Notes under the pieces: model-generated
What the model was told of the DNA's origin: nothing
The model's database searches: none
What the model saw: the letters and a program-made list of their open reading frames with translations, nothing else
NCBI GenBank assembly: GCA_004764695.1
Contig: SMSO01000014.1
Location: 6,810,029 to 6,874,028, forward strand
Length of the DNA stretch: 64,000 nt
Reading direction: 5' to 3'
Source: Schizochytrium sp. TIO01
Taxonomy: Eukaryota > Protista > Bigyra: Labyrinthulomycetes
Shown here: piece by piece, positions 22,642-35,000 of the stretch
Numbering within the stretch: the stretch's first letter is position 1
How the letters are laid out: every line of letters begins with the position of its first letter
Program-made: the position numbers and the translations under genes

Positions 22642-23812
22642 GAGGAAAATCCTTCATTTTATGAAAAGCTTCGTGGTCACCGTTGTCGCCGCCACCGCTT
22701 GTAACAACCAGGTACTGCCCTCGCGGAGTGCCGAGCGTCTCCGCCCGCACGGGACGGGTTCGGTAGGCGTTGTTTGTTAATTCATTTGTTCATGCGTATA
22801 CTCGTCTTATCATTGTTAGCTATCGCTGTTTTAGAATCTGTTCTTGTAAATTCAAAGAAGAGTGGTTGGGTACTTCTTAGTAATCTTGTGGCGCTGCCTG
22901 TCGCCATGGGTGGTGCCAGTGATCACGATCACTCATGTTCGGGTGTCTCGCTTCACTAATTGCTCCGCGTAGAGGATAAACAAACCAACGCAGCGATGTC
23001 GAAACACCCTCAACTCGATTGACAGGCGCAACGGCAGCTTAAAAGCAACCGGCAGGGCGGCCTAAGCTGAGTTGCTTGGCACGGCGACTTTTGGAAACAC
23101 GATGTCTAACTAGCTAGGTCAGTGAGCATTGTTTCCAACTGCGATAAACATGAAAAAGAGAAGAATTAAATTGAAAAATTGAAGGAAAGCGAAGAACAGA
23201 ACTAAAAAGAAAGAAAAACAAAAAGAGCGAGAGAGACGTGAGATCGAATGAGGGCAAAACTTGAGCTGAGGAAACAGTAGGAACAGGAATCGGGGATGCA
23301 GATACAAGATGCCACAAGAAGATGCCAGCGAGCGCTACTCTCTGCTTCGGATACGGCCGCCCAGCAGAAGTCCTCCACTCGCATACCCTTTGCTTTCCTT
23401 GCGGCCTCCCTGCAAAGACCCTCCACTCGCATCGCCTTCGACCTTTGCACTCTAACAAAGGCCGGTATTCGCCATCCTCCCTTCGTTTTAACAGTTTTAA
23501 CGATGCGACAAAGTTCACAATTCAGGTAAAATAGAGCACATGGCGTATTACTTTAGACGAAGGGGAGCATCCAAATGATCGACGCTTCGGCTCCAGAAGT
23601 ACCTCGCGATCCCCATCGACTCCACTTCAGGGCGAGCTCGAAGAAGAAGCCCCAAAGCCAAAGATCCTGGCTGGCCAGTGCTTACAGCTCAGCGGGCCAT
23701 CCTCCCGACCAAAAAGACTGCCTGCAGGGGTGTGCACCATGTTCGGAAGCGCATGCATGCATCAATCTAAGCACGTGAATACATATGCAATACACTCGAG
23801 CCTAGCTGACCA

Positions 23813-23933
23813 ATAGATAGATAAAAGAAAGAAAGATAGAATGATAAAAGAAAGATAAACAGAAAGGTTAAAGAAGAAAGATAGATAAAAAGAAAGAAAG
23901 AAAGAATAGATGAATAGATAGATAGAATAGATA
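23813..23933. repeat. Compound purine-rich GATA/GAAA microsatellite
   Basis: atagatagataaaagaaagaaagataga...aaagaaagaaagaatagatgaatagatagataga. Confidence 0.75.
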
Positions 23934-26900
23934 GGCCAAGGAGAGAGATGATTCGGAATGCGGCGCGATCGAGGCGAGACTCTCGAGGAACTTTGAGGAG
24001 GTCCGTCGTTGGTTAGTTTTTTCTTCGTGGCCTGAGGCGATGAGACTCTTCCGCTCCCGAGCTGGCTCAACTAGGCCACTTATACCCACCCGCCCGCCAC
24101 TGCGAATGCGGCGGAAGCCAGACCACGATCCCAACGGCGATCGGTGCGGATGGACGAGCGGAAGGATGATGGTTGAGGAGTGAGTGATGAGTGAGTGAGT
24201 GAGAGAGAGCCTTCAACTTGCAGATGAATGACTGCCGTGCACGAGACAAGCGCAGCTGCTGCCGGTTGGTTGGGCAGGCACCTTCGAAGGAGACGGCGAT
24301 GGAGGCTGAACGCGGTTCGTGATTACTCGAACGCGCGGCAGCCGCCCAGCGCAGACACAGCTGGCCTGGTGTGGTCGGGGCATCTGGATGTCAAGCCCCG
24401 CACCACGAGCAGCGCTCAGTCCCGTACGGAATCACTCACTGAAGGGGTTTAGGATTGTTTCCTTGGTGGCTCAGCGGTGAGTTGAGGCCTGGGATGGCGA
24501 AGGATGGGCGGCTTGGAGGCCATCCAATCGGGGAACTTAAACGCCGCCATGCCCATGTTTGCCACAATGCGAAGGCCCACGTTGGACTTGACGCGCTCGC
24601 TTGGAAATGCTCCACTCGAAGAGGATCCGTTGTGGAGAGATTTGGGGGGGGAAAGCAATTTGCAGTAATAGACTCAAAGTGTATGTTAATTTACGGTGAT
24701 CAATTGATCGGTGCCCGTGAAGAGCTCCGTCCGTCGCCAGAATCCACGGCGCAAGAGCGTACGAGGGAGGGATTCAACAAGGTTCGTGGAAACCCGCGCA
24801 CGTGCTCCTTCAAGGGCGACGATCAAACACATGATTGAATATGTCTCGAGCTCGTCAGATGAAATCACCACTGTAGGTTCGCAGACTCGCGAAGAAAGTG
24901 TTGCTGTGGTTCGCGAAACTTGAATGTATCTTGAGCTTTCTCACATCATGACCACTTCTCCTCTCGGGGAATTGAGGTCTTCACAGAAATAAAGCATCAA
25001 AGCAGCCTTCGTTGTGATGCACTGTGAAAACAAAAAGGCGCCAAGGAAAACACTTTGGAGTTCTTTTCGTTGTTCATCAAGTAGCAGCGCAGCACTTGCT
25101 AACTACAGAAGAAAACTGAAGTTAAAAGGAACAAAGAAAGAAAATAACTTTTTAATTCAACAAAATTAGAGAAAACTGGCGAGGACCTAGACTACCCTTT
25201 AGGAGGCGACAGCATCGAGCTTTGACATCATCAGCAGTGCTTTCGAGCGAGTGTTCACGCCGATTGGTGTCGTATGAAAGAATGCTTTTATTTATTCTTA
25301 TTTATTTTTATATTTATTTATTCTTTTCCAGATTATAAGAATTCATGAAAATAGGCGAATGAATGGCTTCTGATATATGCATGCATCCATGCATTCCCTC
25401 ATGCATGAATGCATATATGCATGGTCCCAGCCTGGCCTAACGCTTATCAGAGTAGCATACCAAGAGCTTCTATCAGCGAAAGGCACCGATCATTTGGGTG
25501 TTGCATTGCCTTGATTCTGGTTCCTGGAGTCTCAGGGCTGATTGCCAGGATGGCCGGCCTTCCTGCATATTATTACATAGTCGGCTATGATATTCAAAGG
25601 TACTGTTTTTATTTTATTTTATTTTATTTTTCTTGAATAACAAAAGATCGCTTCCTCTTCTTCTTTAGGGAAAAGATGAAGATAGGATGTTAATTTGAGA
25701 TGAGAGGGGTCTCAAATGAAAGGAGCAGTGTCGTCAGTTTCATCATACTTCTAGAGTCTAGTAAATTCTTCTTTCGCTTCCTTATTTTATAAAAGAACAT
25801 GATATTGCAGAATTTTATTGATAGGCCATCATGAACGACTAGTATGGAATGTAAAATTTTAAGTTTTCAGAACCATATGTATTCTGCACCTTGAGGGGGG
25901 GGAGGGTGATGCTATGAAATGCACTTTCCTCTTATCTTCAGTTATGAGATCCTTTTTTACTTACCATGATGGGTAATCATAATCAAATATTTAGTTCTGT
26001 ACAGCCTATCAGAGAATTATCCTTTCTACATTTGCTTTGCCATACTAGTAGAATCACGGGTGCAACTGAGCGACTTCCCGCCTTCTTTCATCATGACTAA
26101 GTAAACACCGTACAAACATAGCATGACTAATCGTCTTATATATTTAAAAAATGTAAGCACTCCCGAACTTAAAATAACAAAAGATGAAGAAGAATACTTC
26201 TTTCACTTGTCGCCCGCACGTGCAACAATCGAGTGCTATAGAAGCTTTTCGATCTTGCCATATTTTTAATTCTATTTTGAAAAGACTATCATTCTCTTTT
26301 ATTTATTTTAAAATTTGAAATAAAAAGACTATTGATAAAGGGTTGCTAAAATAATAATTATATGAAGTACTGCTGGTCTGCGTAGGGGTGACTTTTTAAA
26401 AAAAAGTTTCAGAGAGATATGTAAAAGTCGAAATTAATGGGATTCAACCATTCACTTTCCTTGAAAGATCAGCCTGGGATATCATATAGACGTCATTCAT
26501 TGATAAACCGTTGCAAATGAGACATGCAGGTGGCGTTCATAGACTTGCCGGAGTTTTCACAGCTCGTGCTTGAAGCGGGGCTGGCTTGTGCATAAATTAG
26601 CTCTGATCGGGCCTCTAAGATTTAGAGGGAGGTCTGATGCGGAGGATAGGAGGAATACCGTATCTGCATAAAAGATGCAGAAGAAGCTGGCAGAATGATT
26701 TATGGCGTGGATTCTTCGTATCAGCGTTCGTCACGAGTCGTCGGTGGGTCGCCGAGGCCAATCGCTTACTAAACTAATATTTTCAGGATATGCTATAGCT
26801 ACTAGTAGCTTTTTAAAAAGGATGAAATTAAGAAGGGTTCGAAATTGAAAATAAATGATTGCTCAATATTTTACATATTGACAAAGTAAATAAAAAATAA

Positions 26901-28431
26901 AAAACCCTCACTTCACCATTAGTATGGCGGCAGCTTTCGTGTTTGTGGAAAACAAACCTAAGTTTAGCTGAATACTTCGATACTGACTCGAGTCTCCTGA
27001 GACACCTCTTGAGATATAACTCATCAATAGCTATGCGCCCCAGATCGTGAAAGCTCAGGTACACGGCTCAGCAGCTCGGGATTGATTTACTTGAAGTGGT
27101 AAGGATGAAGGCAGCTAAGGCCTTTCCAACATCCGTAAAAATCAACTTCTAAATTGTGCTCGGTCATACTCACATTAAAAGTTGTATATCTACATTTTTT
27201 ATATTTCTTATTTAATGATGCCAAGCAAGTGATCATATGTAACGACCAAATTTGAAAAGAAAAAAACATCAATTTGAGAAAAACATGGCTGGTACTAGGA
27301 AGGAAAGACGATGACGCTATAAATATTGCAGCTTTGGAAACCCCGTGATAAGACGAAGTACAGCCAACTTAGAATTAGTGTATTAAAAATAAGGATGTCC
27401 TCTCATTTCATTTTTTAATTAAAATTTTAAAATTAAACATAAATAAATAAAGTCTTCGGAAACCCTTATCCGGACGGACTACTCATTTTTGTATCTAATT
27501 ATTAGTGTTATCACTAAAAATTAGCTGAAGTGTGCGTCACGGCAAAAGATACAGAACTATAACTTTTTCATATCATTGCCAGGACCGGAAAGAGCTACAG
27601 GCACTAACAACATGGCAGTTGCAGCTGCTTTAGATAATTGAGAAAGCCTTAAGATGAATTAAGTTTGTTTACAAAGAGAGTTAGAAATGCTAATTTATCC
27701 TTTTCTTGTGTATCCGTGAAGGTTTATATGATCACATTCATTTAAACTTTAAATAAAGACTTTTTATTAATTAGATTTTAAAATACAAAAATGTTTGAAG
27801 GTGATAAATAAGTCATCTCTTTATTATTGTTCAAAGTAATTTTATGATAAAGCCCATAACTAGTTGAGAACAATACATAGTGTGAAAGTAGTTCGTTATT
27901 TGTTGGTTCGAATTATTCAGAATCGCAGCGCAATCCCAATTGATCATAGTTTTTGGCTCGCTTTCGTTCGACTTGCCGGTGAAGTCTACTTTACTCCGCG
28001 TGCGTCGCGCGAACTTGAAAATCACCCTGTCTACTCCTGGCTTCAAAGCTGCATCCAAGTATATAAGGGTGCATCAGCCTGACGATATTTTGCTGTAGCT
28101 TTTACGAGTGTTTCAATATCCCTCCAAGCGCTCAAGTTGGATGAAGTCTTGTTGAGTTCATTCAGAATTCGCACCATTTTATTCCGTCAGGGAAATTTAC
28201 TGAATATGCGCAGAACAACCACTGCTTTAAATAAAATGGTATATGTCTTGACCCAGCAAGCCAGTCATCCTGACCACAAATTCATAAACTGCTGCTACGC
28301 AAGCCAGTCAGAATATCTGTTTCACACAGGCCGGGCCTTGTAAAAATGCGCTTGACTCAAAGGCCCGAAGAGGGAAATACAACTAAGACAACAAGCAAGT
28401 TAAATGGCAGCTACACAGCTTCCATCTGGAT

Positions 28432-28466
28432 GAAACTCGAAACTCAAAACTCAAAACTCAAAACTC
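28432..28466. repeat. 7-bp tandem repeat (RAAACTC)x5
   Basis: gaaactc gaaactc aaaactc aaaactc aaaactc. Confidence 0.85.
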
Positions 28467-29068
28467 TTAAATGTCGATACATTTGGTATAGAGACTCTGC
28501 AGAGGAGTTTTTCATGAACGCTTAAATGAGATAACACTTCAATTCTACAACACAGTGCTGATGTATCACAACCTCTCCAATAAATCTAAGTGTTAACGTG
28601 AACCACTTACATAAAACATTCGTGAACATGGTCAAGAGACAATACAATTGGTAGCAAGACATTTCGATTGAGGATAGCATTTGTTAAATGTACTAAAGTA
28701 CATCGACACGTAAATAAAAGATGGTTTTCATTTTCATTAAAATTTTACAAGTCCAACTAGTAAAAGGGGTTCTTCAACTTCACCTTCTTCTCATAATTGA
28801 TTTATTGATACACTTAAGCGTATTCTATTTAATAAGAGTTTCCTCTCATATTATTCATATCGCATTATATTTAAAAACAAAAATATGCATCGTTCTAGTA
28901 GCCATATGAATTAATTCTCTTACAAGGTTCTAAAAGTCAAAATAGTGTGAATGAATCTATCAAGGGTGATTAATGGATTTTAATTTTTTTGCTCTATAGC
29001 ATATCATACAATGATATTCACATTCAATGCTAGGAAGCCCAGGCTGCTGTTTTTTTTAAATACTCATC

Positions 29069-29095
29069 CTTCTTCTTCTTCTTCTTCTTCTTCTT
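29069..29095. repeat. (CTT)9 microsatellite
   Basis: cttcttcttcttcttcttcttcttctt. Confidence 0.85.
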
Positions 29096-32000
29096 CTCAT
29101 TCAAGTTTTATTATTTACTTCTATACACTATCCTTATATTTAAATTTATTTATCTTGTGAGGGCAAGGCTCTCTCAGGAATAAATTAAAAATCGGAAGAA
29201 CAGGTTTCGCATTGCGACAGAATTAAGGGAAAGTAGAGAGACTGAAAGAGTTTCAGGAAGTCTACAACAAAATACGTGGACGCTCCAGGTGTGGGCGACT
29301 GACGGGGTAGATGCTGCGGGCATCACAAAGGGTGATTTGCACTTTTGGGGGAACCCGCATACGACTTGCCTTTCGAATATTGTGTCATGATTCTCGCCTA
29401 AATCATGCGCAGATTTGTCATTGTGCCGGGTCATTAAGCATTTTAACTAGGTACCAGACCAGCATTTCAAAGTGGCAAGGATGATTTTTTTTAAATTTCC
29501 GAATCTAAATATCAGATTATTGAACTCGTGACTAGACACTAGATCAACTGAGAAAAACATATCAGGTAATTTCTGTTTGGCTTTCTTGGAACGAAGTTCA
29601 TTCATTTCTCTCAAGTTCTTGTCGCCCACTGATGGGCCTGACTTTTCTTTCTGAATTTCCCATTTTTATCCACCATCTGCTGTTTCAGAGTCTCGGTAGT
29701 GCTCTTCTCTCTCTCGCCTCTGTACCCTCCGCTTACTCTTACGGCCGTTCCGCTGAAGTACTAGAGCGGAAGAGTGCCAGTGAAACTTCGCTCGCTCGTT
29801 TGCTTTGTTTCTTGTTCGCTGGTTTTTGTCACCACACGCACGTGCAAAGCAAGAATGGGTGGATGCAGACTTGATCAGCACGTTTTTATACTTTAAATAC
29901 TGATTAGCACTTTTTTCCTTTTTATTTCCCTTTATTTATTTATTTTTAACTTTAAAAGAAGGGTTTCATCTTCTTTTTGTAATTGCTGTTTGGGGGGAAG
30001 TAGACTTTTTTTGTTTGATGTTTATTCACTTGTTGACTTCGGTTAGGAAAGTTTCGAAGTTTCTTGATCTCCATTGCCTCCTGTACTTACTACCACATGC
30101 TGGCAGCTATATCTTTTCATATTGTTGCTTCTAAGCCCTGAGGAAACTCACTTCATCTAGAGCTACTTCGCATTCGCAATGCTCCAAGGTTCATTTCATT
30201 GAAGCCCGGGTAGGTCTTTCGAGAAACGACCTCTATGATAGGAGGCGGAAGCACTGAATGATTGATCAACGAGTAACACAAAAACAACCAAGCTAGCTCC
30301 CTGGTTTTTAGGTGAATCGCAACTCTTAAATGATTGCATGAGTGAAATTGTGCTGGAATGGCGTGCTTCGCATTCATAGCATCTTTGAATAGAATTAAGG
30401 GCTTTGGACACCGCTGGCTGACCCTCAGGTTGTTTGAGAACCAGCTGGTATTCTCTTCTAATCTCTACGTATCTACCTACCTAACCAACTAAGTAACTAC
30501 CTACTGTGTTCTGATTCAAGTAGCCTCTAGTACAGTACCATGAATAGGTTGTGATTCCTTCGTGCTTGGCGTTTTTCTCCACGACGCGCGAAAATAAAGA
30601 AAGCAGCGCACGCAGGTGCCCCAGCCTCATCACCGCCTCACTTCAGACGACATGCGTAGCTGGGCCCGTGCGTGTATACTCTGCAGGCTTGCTGCGCGCC
30701 TCGGAACAAACCTCGGAAACTGGGCGTACGCCCTATTTCAAGCCCTGCTGACATCCCTTGCTTGCTAAAGCTGCAAAGTTCCTCACGTGCCAGCAGTACT
30801 ACTGTTGGCACTTCCCAACCATCGGCATGTGCTGAGACAAGGGTTTCACACCTTTTCCACCTTTCTACTGAGCTCACTTGGAATCTCATGGTTGTAGTAG
30901 AAGCTTAGATCAGTCTAACAAGTTTACTTTTAGTTAGTTTAGTGTCGGATTTATTATTTTCTTTTATTAAATATTAAAATAAATAAAAATAAAAATATAT
31001 ATAATGATGTCTATTCAAAGAACAAAATAAGACTAGTAAAGTAATTTCACTTACCAAAAAAACAGGGTTCTCTTTTGCTTGAAATGAGCATCTTTCGTAG
31101 CTCTATCTAAACATGCTTGCGTTTCCTGAACGAGCGAGAAGCCGGGGAAGTAGATAGAAGAAGCGGGTCATACGAATGCTAACAGGCGCTATACTCCTGG
31201 CGCTCACAAGTTCAACAAACTCACTTTATCTACTCCGACCTGGCGCAGACGGCCTTCCCTCGAAGTAGAATGAAGCAAGAGTCCGGGACCACCACGCACT
31301 CGTTCATGCATTTTCCATCGTTCCATGCATCTATATGCTGCTTCACCAGCAACTTAGTCAAAAATGCACCCCCTGCAAACGATTGGCTGTGCATGGATCT
31401 TGTAATGCCAGGGACTCGAACTGGGTGAGTCTCTTGTATCAAAATAAAGTGGAATTTGGGCAAGGCATCTATGTTTTTTTCTAACTGAGACTCGCCAGGT
31501 ATTAGAGGAATTAGCAAAAATCAAAGCGACGAGAACTGAAGCCAGGAACGACGTGATTCCTTGACACTGTTTCCAGAGAATAGAAGCTCAGTGACAGATT
31601 GTGACACATAGCCCAGACCACATAACGAGATAAACCTAACGCAGAATTAGAAAGGGCCGAAAAACAAACAAGAAGAGATCTTGATGTAAAGTGAGGTTAA
31701 AGTAACAATCTTTCAGCAACTATACAGGTAGCTCGTTACGTATTGTATAAATACTCGACAGGGGAAATTCAAAGGTGGTTGCCCTGGGATGGAAAATGCG
31801 CAAACTGTTTCGTTTTACTTTCCCCTCTCAGTTGTTTTCATTGGTATTGATTTTTTGTTAACCTGTGCTTGCCCAAGAATGGTCAATGCACCCAGCACTA
31901 CTGCAGAAAGAATATGAACCCCGAGTGGAAAGAGTTAGGTTAGCACAACAAATGGTAAATGGTAAATTGCCTTTATAAAACTTCTAGTCTGGTGGCTTAA

Positions 32001-35000
32001 TTGAGGGATTCGATACTGGCTGCACTTTTGCGCAATGATTAAGGAGCTCGAAGAATACTATCAACGAATTATGAAGGGTGGTGATCTGAGGACCTGTTCT
32101 TGTTAATAAGTTCGTAGTCATGCAGAAGTGAAGCTTGTTATTTTACAAGTTTTAATAAATGAACATTAGTGGTGAGTGGCTTATTATTCTCAGATAGCTT
32201 AATCATAACCACATCTACACTATTCACATCTTCCTCAATGAGCTTTCCTGATCGACAATCAGAATGATTTGGAACTAACTCTTTCTCAGAGACGCCTCAT
32301 GGCGAATTTTTCTAAATGGGGTTCGTATCTTTCCTTTTTTATATCGAGAGATTACCTACATTGACAAAAGAACACTTAATCATCGATCGCATCATTAATC
32401 AGGACACTAAGGAACTGATACTGCAAAAGTTGATAGCGAGGAGCTTGTCTACCAATTACTGTCTACCATTACAACTAGGCTACTGACTTTGGGTCTCGTT
32501 CTTTAGTCTACATCTTCTTCCCCAATTTCTTCTTCGACTGGGCGAAGCAGAATGATTTTTTTTGCTTTTATTTTGTTATTTTAATTTTAATTTTTAAATC
32601 CTTCTATAAAATCTGAACAAGTGTTTATTTGTGATATAGTATTTACGACAATCAAGGCCGGGGGGCATCTCATGGATTTCCCGATGTCGCCGCCCCCAGT
32701 CGGCACCCCGACTCAATTGCAGTGCGCGACGCACCGCCTGTCAAACAAAGGGTAGCAGAGGCAAACTTGCGCGCCACTTATGTTGAGTCAGTCACTATTT
32801 TTTTTCCAAGTGACACGGTATCTCTTTGATTTGCTTCCGTTTACAGAGAGCTCTTTGTTTCTTCAACATTCCTTTTAGTTTTAAGATGCTGCGTTGCTCT
32901 TTCTTTATTTAAGGCCCTGCGATATAGACCATCAATCAAGACACCTTGACCCCTTCTACTTTGCGTGTTTGATTGGCCAGTATCATTTTTGCGTAAAGAA
33001 GGAAAGATGTCCTTGTCGCCCCTTGCACCCTCACGGGCTCTGCATCGAGCCTGGGATTGCAAGCTAGCGCCCATACAGAATGGGCCAAGCGCAACGCCGT
33101 TCCATGGGTGTGGGTGCATGACACTGATGATGTTTATGGACGCCGTGAAGTCGCTACGAGCGACTTCGAAGTAGTCATGGTGAGATGCTCAGTCAGTCAA
33201 TCTTGTATTATTTCATTCAACTCTTTTAATTTATTCTATTCTAAAACTATCTTACATGGGTACCTTCGAACCTTTGTCTTAGCTAGTTTGCGTATTTTTC
33301 TCAAGCTAAGGCTTGCACGAGAGAAAAGGAAGAAGATTAAAAGGATTATGAATTTTGCCGAAAGCGTCGAACAATATCCTCCTACCTGCAGATGGTTCTC
33401 CTTTTTCATTTTTGGTCTCGTTAGGTTCTCTTTTCCAGTTGTCTATTTACTTCCAACTCTAAATACCAAAGTTCCTCTGCAGATTGTAAGTTTGCCAAGT
33501 AGTAGCAAAACTACAAGGAGAACAAAACCTGATTTTATGCACCACATTGCACTTGCATAAATTGCTATTTATTGGCAAGCGAAAAAGATCTGTCTACAAA
33601 CTGCTTGTCTGCTAGCCGAAGTTAGAATTTGGATTTCCAAAAATACTTCTGGGCGATGATAATCGGTTTATTTATCAGTAAAAATGGCTCAATTATTACT
33701 ATCTGTAGCACTACGAAGCTTATTAGCCAGTGATCAGACAATCAATCTTCTTCCGTTGAAGACGCGCAGGAAAAGAGGGAGACAGACTCGGATCCACGCT
33801 TATAGCGTGTACACAGGACTCACACAAGGAATCTCTGACTGTTTTATTGACAGAAGTATTAGGCTGCAACTCGCTGGCAGCATGCGCAGGAGCTGTGGCG
33901 AGGTTGTCAGTCAATTTTTATCAACTTTTGTGTTTCATTTGTTTTTTCGCATTTTAAACTTTTAAAATTAAACCAGTAATAATTAATGAAATAAAGAAAA
34001 AAGTACCTCGTTTTTGCATTTATGAAGTTGAATGGCTTATAATTCATATTATATATTCTATAATATATACAAACACTATTTTTAAAAGTAGTAATACATG
34101 TATACATCTTTAAAAGCTCTGCACTGTTACTAATATCATATCTAGGATTATAATGGTTGAAGTGTTCGTCGATGGGTGCCTGCGACCAGGTGATGTGGCT
34201 GAAGGGTGCCAAGTTTGTGACTATGAGGCATCAAAAATGAACAAGATTTGATCGCGGTTTTCTTGGAGACATTGTCTCTATGTTGACCGGTAGTCCCGCT
34301 TGAGAATTTGGTGCTGTCGCGCTTTCTGGCTGAGGTAGCATGCATTTCGCTGTCTACAATTTTACTTTAAAAAAAAAAATCAAAATTAGAATCAGAGGCG
34401 GTACCTTGTTCCAAAAGCAGTCGAGCCAGGTGAGGTACTTTGAATTAGCTGGCTAGCAGAGACCAAAGAAATCAGCACTTAAAACAACAATTTGGTTGGC
34501 GACGCAGTGCTCTTCACAGCTTATGTGTCACTCGACGCAACTGTAGTGATTATCTTAAACATGGCGAGCAAACAGGCTCAAAGCTAGGAAAACAATTCCT
34601 CGCTTTGGTTTGGCCAGGTGAATATAACATCATTCGAGACTTGGCTTGTGTGTGCTGGAGTCTTGACTTTTGCCAAAAAATGCGAAGACGATGTGGAGTG
34701 CCTAGTATTTTTTAAATGTAGCTCTGTGCCTCGCAAGAAATTATTTAAATTCAATGGGCAAATGAACTACTTTGAAAGTATGAGGGTGAATTGGTGTAGT
34801 TGGCGGATTTTAGCAGCTTGAAGCAGTTTGTTTGCATCTATTTTTTTAATACAACACTTTCGCTGCTCGTTGAAGGAAACCGAAGTTTGTCATGTTTTAT
34901 AGTACGCCTTGCGCGTATACCAATTAATTAAACCAAACCGCTATATAAGAGCTGCATGCGCAAATCACGAATCACGAATTGAACATAAGCGGCCTTACTA

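Noticed and set aside
31405-31500. tRNA T-loop-like GTTCGAGTCCC on the minus strand and a 12-bp imperfect inverted repeat
   Set aside because: No cloverleaf can be built, and there is no target-site duplication to support a MITE.
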